Assembly (NCBI GenBank): GCA_001804125.1
Contig: MHFI01000004.1
Location: 1 to 56,125 of the forward strand
Direction of reading: 5' to 3'
DNA: 56,125 nt
Source: Omnitrophica bacterium RIFCSPHIGHO2_02_FULL_51_18
GTDB lineage: Bacteria > Omnitrophota > Gorgyraeia > 2-02-FULL-51-18
Of this stretch, positions 44,074 to 52,707 are shown piece by piece. The position numbers and the translations under genes are program-made. Numbering within the stretch: the stretch's first letter is position 1; each line of letters opens with the position of its first letter. Under the pieces are notes generated by a model, which had not been told where the DNA came from, made no database searches, and worked only from the letters and a program-made list of their open reading frames with translations.

Positions 44074-46167
44074 ATGGATCCCCCCCTCGGTTCCGCCGCC
44101 AATCCCCGTTATCAAAAACTGGATAAGCCCGCGCTATTGTCGCTTTGCCCGTTGTTTTCGGGTTTGAGCCCCTGGGAGCTTAAATCGATCAGCCAGCTGA
44201 TGCGCTTGGTGGAGTACCGGAAGGACGAGGTCATTTACAAGGAAGGCGGAGAGGCGGACCGTTTCCATGTGGTGGTCTCGGGGCGCTTTGAGGCCTCGAC
44301 AGCGTCGCAGGGAAAGAAAAAAGTGCTCGCGTATTTGCGCCGCGGGGACTATTTCGGCGAGATGTCGCTTTTGACCAGCGAGCCGCATTCGGCGACCTTG
44401 CGCGCGCTTTCTGATTCGCTGGTGTTGGAACTTAAAAAGGAGGATTTTAAAAAGACCATCGAGCACAACGCCACCGTGGCGCTTGAAATCAGCCGGCGTC
44501 TAAGCACAAGACTCCGGGGCACGGACGACCGCTCGCGCTCGCTTTTAAAAAGCGACGTGATTTCCATTTTCAGCAATCAGCACCGCATCGGCCGCACCGA
44601 ATTTTCGATCAATCTGGCCGCAAGCCTTTTCCGGGAAACTCACCAGAAAATCATTCTTCTGGATATGAGCCCCTCCGGCACCGAAATTTCCGCGCGCCTT
44701 CATATGGCCGAGAAAGTCCCGATCACGCGGTTTCATAACATAGAAAACGAGCCGGCCGGTGTTTTAAGCACTCTGGTGTTGAAGCACCCGGCGGGTTTTG
44801 ACGTGCTGAATGTAGCGCACGGCGAAAAAGGCTCGCGCGGCGAGAGTATCCTCAGCCCGCTTCTGAACCATCTGGCGATTGAATACCGGTTTATTTTGAT
44901 CGACCTTCCTTCGGAGATGGACGAGATGGTCCAGAAGGCCTTAAGCCAGTCAGACTCAATTTATTTTGTGACCGACAGCAACATCAACAATGTCACGGAA
45001 ATAAAAGAGGTGGCCCAGGAGATTGAAAAGGAGCTGTCGTTCCCGGAGGACAAGATCTGTGTCGTGATCAACGAGGTTTTCTTGGGCATTCGCACGACCC
45101 AATCCACGCGGCGTGAGCTTTTCGGGAAGAAGATGAGTTTTTCGCTGCCGGCAACACCGGGGATTAAAGAGCACGAGGAGCTGCATGCGACGCCGTTTGT
45201 CGTGGACGAACCCGAGGCGGAGTATTCCCGCGTAGTTCGTCATATCGCGCGGCGCATCAGCAATAACCTCGTGGGCATTGCGCTCGGAAGCGGCGCCGCG
45301 CTGGGGTTGGCGCAGATCGGAGTTTTGAAAGTGCTGGAGCGCGAGAAGATCCCGGTGGACATTATCGCCGGCTCCAGCATCGGCGCGCTCATCGGCTCGC
45401 TTTATTCGGTCGGAAAAACGGCCGCCGAAGTCGAGCAGATTGCGCTTGAGATCAACTCCAAATTTCGCGTGTCGCGGCTTCTCGATTTTAACCTTTTCCC
45501 GGTGCGCGGGCTGCTTCACGGGAATCTTGTTATCAAGCACTTCGGCGTGCATCTGGGCAATAAAACGTTTGAAGACAGTAAAATCCTGTTGAAAATCACT
45601 GGCGCCAATCTTTCGACGCGCCAAGTTCATATTTACGAATCCGGCTACATCAGTGACGCCGTGCGCGCGTCGATTGCGATCCCGGCCATCTTTAAACCGG
45701 TGATGTTGAACGGCGAGATGATAGTGGACGGGGGGATCTTAAGCCCGTTGCCGATCAAAGCGCTGCAACAGGCCGGCGCCAATAAGATTATCGCGGTCAA
45801 CGTGTTTCCGTCTTCGAGGGATATTTTGGAACGGCGCATCCTAAAAGGGGAGGCTGATGAAAAAGAGTCCCATTTTATAAAACAAAAAAACGTTTTGTCG
45901 CGCCTGTTTTATCGTCTGAAGAAATCGTGCGTGAAGGCATTTTATCCCAACGTGTTCGACATTCTGATGAACACGATCCAGTCGATGGAAGCCGAGATTT
46001 CGGAGATCGAGGCGGAGGGCGCGGACGTCGTGATCCGTCCTGTCGTCTCGAATGCGAGCTGGGTCGAGCTTTTTAGGCCGCAGCCATTCATTAAGAGAGG
46101 CGAGGAAGAGGCCATTAAAATGCTCCCGAGGATCAAAGAGCTTGTCTCCCAGCAAGACAGCGCATGA
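44074..46167 (+). CDS. cyclic-nucleotide-binding domain / degenerate ParA-MinD-like domain / patatin-like phospholipase fusion protein
   Basis: ATG 44074 lies 5 nt after the upstream stop; ORF track start 43834 overlaps PilZ 3. CAP-type domain FGEMSLLTSEPHSATLRA. MinD/CpaE-like block ISIFSNQHRIGRTEFSINLA...ILLDMS...FILIDLPS. Patatin motifs GSGAALG, GSSIG and VDGG. Confidence 0.85.
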   Translation: MDPPLGSAANPRYQKLDKPALLSLCPLFSGLSPWELKSISQLMRLVEYRKDEVIYKEGGEADRFHVVVSGRFEASTASQGKKKVLAYLRRGDYFGEMSLLTSEPHSATLRALSDSLVLELKKEDFKKTIEHNATVALEISRRLSTRLRGTDDRSRSLLKSDVISIFSNQHRIGRTEFSINLAASLFRETHQKIILLDMSPSGTEISARLHMAEKVPITRFHNIENEPAGVLSTLVLKHPAGFDVLNVAHGEKGSRGESILSPLLNHLAIEYRFILIDLPSEMDEMVQKALSQSDSIYFVTDSNINNVTEIKEVAQEIEKELSFPEDKICVVINEVFLGIRTTQSTRRELFGKKMSFSLPATPGIKEHEELHATPFVVDEPEAEYSRVVRHIARRISNNLVGIALGSGAALGLAQIGVLKVLEREKIPVDIIAGSSIGALIGSLYSVGKTAAEVEQIALEINSKFRVSRLLDFNLFPVRGLLHGNLVIKHFGVHLGNKTFEDSKILLKITGANLSTRQVHIYESGYISDAVRASIAIPAIFKPVMLNGEMIVDGGILSPLPIKALQQAGANKIIAVNVFPSSRDILERRILKGEADEKESHFIKQKNVLSRLFYRLKKSCVKAFYPNVFDILMNTIQSMEAEISEIEAEGADVVIRPVVSNASWVELFRPQPFIKRGEEEAIKMLPRIKELVSQQDSA

Positions 46168-46216
46168 ACCCAGCCCTTCCAAGACGTGACATAGGCAGTG
46201 TTCGGAAGGGCTGGGT
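46168..46216 (+). terminator. 13-bp stem hairpin after the patatin gene (possible terminator or processing site)
   Basis: ACCCAGCCCTTCC (46168-46180) pairs with GGAAGGGCTGGGT (46204-46216). 23-nt loop and no U-tract. Confidence 0.35.
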
Positions 46217-46282
46217 GAACTCCGTGCTTTGTAAGAAAAAAATTCAGATTTAGGAAAGGACGGGGTAGAATAGGGAGCGGTT

Positions 46283-47482
46283 ATGGATGAGCATGAGATT
46301 GTGATAGTGGATGGCTTACGCACGCCTCAAGGACTCTTGGGCGGAGCGTTCCGTGATTTAACGGCGCAGAAACTGGGCGAGAGGGTTGTTCGCGCGCTTC
46401 TTGAGAAAACAAAGCTCGATCCTTCAGGCATCGATGAGCTGATTTTCGGATGCGTGGGGCAAGCCAGCGATGCGCCGAACGTCGCCAGGGTCATTTCTCT
46501 CTTGGCGGGTATTCCGAAGACGGTGCCCGGCTGCACGGTGGCGAGAAATTGCGCTTCGGGCATCCAGGCAATCGTGAACGGCTGCCAGAATATTCTATCC
46601 GGTGACGCGAATGTGCAAATTGTCGGCGGCGCCGAATCCATGTCCAGCCAACCCTATGTGAACCGGGATCTCCGCTTCGGCAAACGTCTTAAGAATTCTG
46701 AAATGATTGATTCGTTATGGGAAGGGCTCACGGATCCGGTTTGCGGTCAGCTGATGGGGCGGACGGCCGAGAACCTGGCACTGGAGTTTAAAATAAGCCG
46801 CGCCGAGCAGGACCAATACGCGGTCCTAAGCCATCAACGCGCGTTTCGCGCCACGCGTGAAGGTAAATTTAAAGACGAAGTCACGCCGGTGACCGTGCAA
46901 AAGAGAGCGGCTGGCCGCGCGATGCCTCCTGAGATTGTTTCACAGGACGAAGGCCCCAATCCCGCCTTAAATGAGCAGACGCTTTCGCTCTATCCGGCTG
47001 CTTTCATGGAAAACGGGACAGTGACGGCAGGCAACGCCTGCACGATTTCCGACGGAGCCGCTGCGCTTCTGGTCATGACGCGTAAAAAAGCATCGACGCT
47101 GGGTTTTAAAGAAGTGTTAGGCGTTATCAAAGCCTATGCGTTCGGGGGCGTCGAACCGGAGCGTATGGGCATCGGTCCTACGGTTGCGATTCCTTTGGCG
47201 CTCAAGAAGGCGGGGTTGGCTTTGAAGGATATACAGCTTATGGAGCTTAATGAGGCGTTTGCGGCCCAGGTGATCGCCTGTGAAAAGGTCTTAGGCCTTG
47301 ACCGAAATATCATGAATGTGAACGGCGGCGCGATCGCCATCGGCCATCCGGTCGGCATGACCGGCACCCGGATTGTGCTGACGCTTTTAAATGAGATGAA
47401 AAGAAGAAAGCTGCGCTACGGTCTTGCCTCGCTTTGCGTGGGCGGGGGCCAGGGAGCCGCCGTGGTATTGGAGAGAAATTAG
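46283..47482 (+). CDS. acetyl-CoA C-acyltransferase (thiolase)
   Basis: ARNCASGIQA (active Cys), NEAFAAQ, GHPVGMTG and CVGGGQGAAVVLE. Confidence 0.93.
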   Translation: MDEHEIVIVDGLRTPQGLLGGAFRDLTAQKLGERVVRALLEKTKLDPSGIDELIFGCVGQASDAPNVARVISLLAGIPKTVPGCTVARNCASGIQAIVNGCQNILSGDANVQIVGGAESMSSQPYVNRDLRFGKRLKNSEMIDSLWEGLTDPVCGQLMGRTAENLALEFKISRAEQDQYAVLSHQRAFRATREGKFKDEVTPVTVQKRAAGRAMPPEIVSQDEGPNPALNEQTLSLYPAAFMENGTVTAGNACTISDGAAALLVMTRKKASTLGFKEVLGVIKAYAFGGVEPERMGIGPTVAIPLALKKAGLALKDIQLMELNEAFAAQVIACEKVLGLDRNIMNVNGGAIAIGHPVGMTGTRIVLTLLNEMKRRKLRYGLASLCVGGGQGAAVVLERN

Positions 47483-47485
47483 CGG

Positions 47486-48712
47486 ATGTTTATTTATAAG
47501 GCGGCCGTCGTGGGCGGCGGTGCGATGGGGTCGGGTATCGCGCAGGTGATCAGCTATTCGGGACTTCCGGTCGTTTTAAAAGAAATCAACGAGGATCTGG
47601 CGCAAAAAGCGCTTTCGAATATTCGCAAGATTTATCAGGGCCGCGTCGATAAGGGCAAAATGACGCCGCCGGAGATGGAGTCGAAACTGTCTCTTGTAAG
47701 CGTCACTACGAAGTTTGAAGATCTGAAAGACGTTGACATCGTGATTGAGGCCGTGCCCGAAAAAATAGAGCTAAAGAAGAAGGTGTTTCAGGAGCTTGAC
47801 GCCGTTTTACCCGGGCAGGCGATCATCGCGACGAACACGTCGGCGCTCTCGGTCAGCGCGCTTGGCGCGGCCACAAAGCGCCCCGATAAGGTGATCGGCA
47901 TTCATTTCTTTTTCCCCGCGCACGTGATGAAACTGATTGAAGTGATCCCGGGACTGGCGACCTCAGAGGAGACCGTGCAGGATGCGGTTTCGTTTTCCGA
48001 GGGTTTAAGGAAAATTCCCGTCCGCGTTAATGAGTGCGCGGGCTTTCTGGTAAACCGGCTTCTGATGCCGTATCTCAACGAGGCGGCGTTCTGTGCCGAA
48101 GAGGGCGGCGCTGACCCCAAGGAGATCGACCAGGCGATGGTGGATTTCGGTTTTCCGATGGGGCCTTTTACGCTCGTAGATACGATAGGCCTGGACATTT
48201 GCCATGAGGTGGTCGGGGTGCTTTTGAATGAATACGGCCCCCGCATGAAACCCGCGCTTGTGTGGGACGAGATTTATAAAAGAAACCGGTACGGTGTTAA
48301 AAACGGGGCCGGGTTTTACAATTATAGCGCCTCGGCGCCGGCGGGCGATCACGCTGTCGAGGACATCCTGGCGACGCTTAGAAAATCATACGCTTCTTCG
48401 AAGAAGCTCCCGTTTTCACCGGAGAGGCTGATGCTTTCAATGATCAATGAGGCGGCATTTTGCATCCAGGAGCGGATTTCATCGCCGGGAGATATTGATG
48501 TTGCGGTGCTGGCGGGCATCGGTTTTCCCCAGAACAAAGGCGGCCTTCTGCAGTACGCCGATTCGTTGGGGGTGGATTGGGTGTTGGGGGAGCTTAACAA
48601 GCTGACCGCGGCCTATGGGGAGAGATTTTTCCCCGCGCCTTTAATCAAAAGAATGGCAGGCGCTGGATTTTTTGGAAAAAAAACAAACCGTGGATTTTTG
48701 GAATACGCATAA
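47486..48712 (+). CDS. 3-hydroxyacyl-CoA dehydrogenase
   Basis: Rossmann VVGGGAMGSGIAQV, and NTSALS, plus duplicated C-terminal domains. Confidence 0.9.
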   Translation: MFIYKAAVVGGGAMGSGIAQVISYSGLPVVLKEINEDLAQKALSNIRKIYQGRVDKGKMTPPEMESKLSLVSVTTKFEDLKDVDIVIEAVPEKIELKKKVFQELDAVLPGQAIIATNTSALSVSALGAATKRPDKVIGIHFFFPAHVMKLIEVIPGLATSEETVQDAVSFSEGLRKIPVRVNECAGFLVNRLLMPYLNEAAFCAEEGGADPKEIDQAMVDFGFPMGPFTLVDTIGLDICHEVVGVLLNEYGPRMKPALVWDEIYKRNRYGVKNGAGFYNYSASAPAGDHAVEDILATLRKSYASSKKLPFSPERLMLSMINEAAFCIQERISSPGDIDVAVLAGIGFPQNKGGLLQYADSLGVDWVLGELNKLTAAYGERFFPAPLIKRMAGAGFFGKKTNRGFLEYA

Positions 48713-48720
48713 GGAGTAAC

Positions 48721-49506
48721 ATGGCTGAGTTTCAATGTCTTCAAGTGGTGGTCGAGGAAGGCACGGCACTTTTAAAGATTAACCGGCCGCCGGTCAATGC
48801 GCTGGGACGCCAGCTTTTGGATGAATTGGGAAATGCGATGGATCAATTCCAACAGGATCCCAAAGTGAAGGTGGTCATTATCGCCAGCGCCATCCAGAAC
48901 GTATTCGTGGCCGGCGTGGACTTGAAGGAAATGGCCCAGCTCCAGACCCCGGAGGAGATGATCCAGGTGATCCGGCGCGGACAGGCCGTCTTCAACAAAA
49001 TCGAACGCTCTGAAAAACCCGTCATCGCCGCGATTCAAGGTGCCTGTGTGGGCGGCGGCCAGGAATTGGTGATGGCCTGCCATATCCGGATCGCTTCCGA
49101 CAGAACCCGTTTTGCCCAGCCGGAAATCACACTGGGCATTATTCCGGGCTTTGGCGGTTCGCAGCGCCTTCCGAGGATCGTGGGCCCGAGCCGCGCGGCT
49201 GAGCTTATCCTGACGGGCGATTTAATCACGCCCCAGGAAGCGTTTCGAATCGGGCTCGTCAATCATGTCGTTTCCGACGGTGCGCTGATAAAAACCGCAA
49301 AAGAGATCGCCAAAAAGATAACGCGCCACAGCCTGCCGGCCATCAGGGCTTCCCTACGGGCGATTACGAAGGGGCTGGATGTTTCCTTGGAGGAGGGCCT
49401 GAAAATCGAAGAAAATGAATTCATGTCCATCGCTGCGACGAATGATATGAAGGAAGGAATTCGCGCGTTCCTCGAGAAGCGTCAGCCCAGGTTTAGTGAC
49501 AGCTAA
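48721..49506 (+). CDS. enoyl-CoA hydratase (crotonase family)
   Basis: INRPPVNAL, AAIQGACVGGGQELVMACH and PEITLGIIPGFGGSQRL. Confidence 0.9.
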   Translation: MAEFQCLQVVVEEGTALLKINRPPVNALGRQLLDELGNAMDQFQQDPKVKVVIIASAIQNVFVAGVDLKEMAQLQTPEEMIQVIRRGQAVFNKIERSEKPVIAAIQGACVGGGQELVMACHIRIASDRTRFAQPEITLGIIPGFGGSQRLPRIVGPSRAAELILTGDLITPQEAFRIGLVNHVVSDGALIKTAKEIAKKITRHSLPAIRASLRAITKGLDVSLEEGLKIEENEFMSIAATNDMKEGIRAFLEKRQPRFSDS

Positions 49507-51309
49507 ATGGTCCCTCAGAATCTTGCGTTTCTTTTTAAAGAAACCGTCCGTCGTTTTCCCGATAAAAAAGCGCTGGCGTTCAGACAAAACGGCCGTTATT
49601 TTTCGCTGACCTGGTCCGAGGTCGCCCAAAAAGTAGACTCGCTTGCCTCTGCGTTTGTTGAAAAAGGGTTGAAGGCGGGTGACCGGATAGCGATCCTTTC
49701 GGAAAACAGGCCCGAATGGGCGTGGGTGGACCTGGCGGCCCAGCGCATCGGGCTTATTTCAGTGCCGATTTACGCCTCGCTGACATCCCGTGAGATTCAA
49801 TATATCCTTACGGATTGCGGTGCTTCGGTGGCCGCTGTTTCCAATAAAGCGCTGTTTGAAAAATTGGCGCCCATTCAGCGCTCGGTGCCGACGCTTCGCT
49901 GGGTGGCCGGTTTTGACGCCTCTTTGTCGTTGTCAAAAACCGAGCTTAGCGTTCCGTTTTTTTTGATCAAGGAACTTGAAAATACAAAGAGCAATCTCGC
50001 GGACCTGGAGTCCCGCTCAAGCTCTATCCCGCCGGATGCTGTCGCCAGTTTAATTTACACGTCCGGCACGACCGGTTTCCCGAAGGGAGTGATGCTGAGC
50101 CACTCCAATTTCATTCACAACGTGTTTTATTGCCAAAAAGCGTTTGGGATGGATGAGACGGACGCGCATATTTCGTTCCTGCCTCTTTCGCACGTGTTTG
50201 AGCGCCTGGCCGGTTATTATCTCATGATCTTCATCGGCGCCGCGATTTCCTATGCGGAGAACATGGACACCGTGGCTCGCGACCTTTTAGAAGTCAAACC
50301 CACTTTCATTCTCGGCGTGCCGCGCTTTTACGAGAAGATTAAGGATCATGTGCTGGAAACGCTTGAAAAATCGGGAACGCTCAAGCGTACGCTTTTTTTC
50401 TGGGCCAAGGATCTGGGAGCACGGCGCCGGCGGATGTTATCGCAAGGCAAAAGACCGGGATTGTTTTTTAACGGCAGTTATCAGCTGGCAAACTTGATTG
50501 TTTATCGTAAATTCAATCGACGTTTAGGCGGGCGAATCCGGTTTTGCGTTTCGGGGGGCGCAGCGCTTCCGAAAGAGATCGCCGAATTTTTTTCGGATTT
50601 GGGAATTTTGATCCTGGAGGGCTATGGTCTGAGCGAAACCTCGCCCGTGATCAGCGCCAACCGCCAAAAAAACTACAAATTCGGGAGCGTGGGCATTCCG
50701 CTCGAGGGGATCCAAGTGCGCATTACGGAAGAAGGGGAGATCGCAACCAAAAGCGCGTGCCTGATGCGGGGTTATTGGAATAAGCCCGAGGAGACGCAGG
50801 CCGTTTTAAAAGAAGGATGGTTTTACACAGGCGACCTCGGACAGATGGACAGGGAGGGTTATCTTTCCATCACCGGCCGCAAAAAAGAGCTGATTGTGAC
50901 TTCCGGCGGGAAAAAAGTGGCCCCGCGGGCCATTGAGGAGATACTGGAAAAGGACCCGTCCATTTTGCGGTGCGTGTTGTTCGGCGAAGGGGAAAAATTT
51001 ATCTCCGCTTTGATCGTGCCCCGGAAGGAAAAAATTCTGGAGTACGTACATGGGCAGAAAATCGCGTACTGCCAGTATTCGGAACTCTTAAGTAATCCAA
51101 AAATTTATGAATGGATGGACCGGCGAGTCCAGGCGCTTTGCCAAGATTTGGCGGGCTACGAGAAAATCAAATATTTTGCCCTGCTTGAGCATGACTTTAG
51201 CCAGTCCTCGGGAGAGCTTACGCCCACCTTAAAAGTAAAGCGTGACGTGGTGCTTTCCCGTTACAAGGAGAAGCTGCTTCCTTATTACCAGAAAGGCGGA
51301 CTCTCTTAA
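49507..51309 (+). CDS. long-chain fatty acid-CoA ligase
   Basis: AMP-binding motif IYTSGTTGFPKGVMLSH, GYGLSETS and TGDLG...GRKKELI. Confidence 0.9.
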   Translation: MVPQNLAFLFKETVRRFPDKKALAFRQNGRYFSLTWSEVAQKVDSLASAFVEKGLKAGDRIAILSENRPEWAWVDLAAQRIGLISVPIYASLTSREIQYILTDCGASVAAVSNKALFEKLAPIQRSVPTLRWVAGFDASLSLSKTELSVPFFLIKELENTKSNLADLESRSSSIPPDAVASLIYTSGTTGFPKGVMLSHSNFIHNVFYCQKAFGMDETDAHISFLPLSHVFERLAGYYLMIFIGAAISYAENMDTVARDLLEVKPTFILGVPRFYEKIKDHVLETLEKSGTLKRTLFFWAKDLGARRRRMLSQGKRPGLFFNGSYQLANLIVYRKFNRRLGGRIRFCVSGGAALPKEIAEFFSDLGILILEGYGLSETSPVISANRQKNYKFGSVGIPLEGIQVRITEEGEIATKSACLMRGYWNKPEETQAVLKEGWFYTGDLGQMDREGYLSITGRKKELIVTSGGKKVAPRAIEEILEKDPSILRCVLFGEGEKFISALIVPRKEKILEYVHGQKIAYCQYSELLSNPKIYEWMDRRVQALCQDLAGYEKIKYFALLEHDFSQSSGELTPTLKVKRDVVLSRYKEKLLPYYQKGGLS

Positions 51310-51321
51310 GCGGGACTTCTT

Positions 51322-52164
51322 ATGTGGGTTGAACACCGTTTCCTGTCCTTTGACGCGACCCCCATTTTTTATCGCCGGTTAAAGCCCGCCTTAAGGGCCA
51401 AAGCAACGGTGCTTATTGTTCATGGCATGGGGGAGCATGGCGGACGCTACCGCGCCGCGGCCGAGTGTCTGGGCGGCATGGGCTATCAAGTATTTATTCC
51501 GGATCTGCGGGGTTTCGGAAAAAGCGGAGGCAAACGGGCGTGCCTGCGGGCATTTTCCGATTACCATAAGGATCTGGGGGCGTTGCATCGCTTCGCCGCG
51601 TCCGAAGAAAAAGAGACACCCGTATTCCTATTGGGACACAGCTTGGGCGGGCTCGTCGCCGCTTCTTACGCCGCTCTGACCCAGCACCCCGTGCTTGCGG
51701 GACTCGTCCTAAGTTCTCCCTGTTTTGGCATTGCGCTTCCGGTGCCTGTTTGGAGGCATGTCCTGAGCATCGCCGCGTCTTACGTGCTTCCCAACTTTAC
51801 GCAACCCACCGGATTAAACCCTGATTATTTGACTCATGATAGGGAGATCGTGGAGCGATATAAACAGGACCGGCTTGTTTTCAGGGGCGTGAGCGCCCGG
51901 CTCTATCATGAAATGACCCGGACCATGGCCTTTAGGGAACAAATTGCCGGTCAAATTTATTGCCCCACGCTTATGCTTCAATCAGGCGAGGATTTCATCG
52001 TTTCTAAAAATGACTCGGTTGCCTTTTATGAGAGCCTTCGATGCCCATCCAAAGCAATCGAGATATACAGCGGTTTTTACCATGAACTCTTGAATGAAAC
52101 AAACCGTTCGGCTGTTCTGACCCGGATCGGTTCATGGATCCAGGAGAATCTAATTCTTAAGTAG
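51322..52164 (+). CDS. alpha/beta hydrolase (lysophospholipase / monoacylglycerol lipase-like)
   Basis: HGMGEHGGRY, nucleophile elbow GHSLGG, and C-terminal FYHELLNE. Confidence 0.85.
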   Translation: MWVEHRFLSFDATPIFYRRLKPALRAKATVLIVHGMGEHGGRYRAAAECLGGMGYQVFIPDLRGFGKSGGKRACLRAFSDYHKDLGALHRFAASEEKETPVFLLGHSLGGLVAASYAALTQHPVLAGLVLSSPCFGIALPVPVWRHVLSIAASYVLPNFTQPTGLNPDYLTHDREIVERYKQDRLVFRGVSARLYHEMTRTMAFREQIAGQIYCPTLMLQSGEDFIVSKNDSVAFYESLRCPSKAIEIYSGFYHELLNETNRSAVLTRIGSWIQENLILK

Positions 52165-52343
52165 TTTGTTTTGAATAGGTTATGACTTAAGCAAATTTTA
52201 GCTCGTATTGAAATCCTGTCTCTGTGTAAGGTAAACTTTAACTAGAGGTTATAAGGAGGGAGGGGTGCCTATAGAGCTTGCTTGGAGGTGTGTGGGTCGG
52301 TCGGGACGCGTTATCCCGTGTTCCTGATTGGGAGGTGATACCC

Positions 52344-52484
52344 ATGATTAAATCAGACATTTTGTCAGGTCTATTGGTCGGATTAGTGCTAGGGCTTGTA
52401 TTTACTGCAGAGCTAGCGCCGCATCTAGCGGTGATTGTCATTTTGGCAGTTCTATTTGGCGCCAAAATGATAGGCCCACGCTGA
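52344..52484 (+). CDS. hypothetical 46-aa hydrophobic peptide
   Basis: ATG 52344 is preceded by GGGAGGTG. The product MIKSDILSGLLVGLVLGLVFTAELAPHLAVIVILAVLFGAKMIGPR has two hydrophobic segments. The structured repeat with its T-run follows. Confidence 0.35.
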   Translation: MIKSDILSGLLVGLVLGLVFTAELAPHLAVIVILAVLFGAKMIGPR

Positions 52485-52494
52485 TCGAGTTAAA

Positions 52495-52571
52495 CCCCAC
52501 CACGTGTTTCGTCCGCCGAAGGCGGACTGATTGCTTTGCAATCTTTGGAAACACGTGGTGGGGTGTTTTTT
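52495..52571 (+). repeat. second copy of core repeat E, here followed by a T-run (terminator-like)
   Basis: CCCCACCACGTGTTT-[CGTCCGCCgaaGGCGGAC]-[ATTGCtttGCAAT]-AAACACGTGGTGGGG followed by TGTTTTTTT. Confidence 0.85.
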
Positions 52572-52707
52572 TCTTGATTAGCTCGCCGCACCGTAATAGA
52601 ATTATCCGCATGTTTAATCCGTTTTTCAAACTCAATTCTAATCGGTATACGTTGATCGGTGTTGTGGCCGGGATTTTTATAGGGGCGTTCGCCCGGGTAC
52701 TCCTTCA

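Noticed and set aside
44956-45630. 224-aa ORF on the - strand.
   Set aside because: It is antisense to the patatin fusion gene, whose + strand product carries complete patatin motifs.
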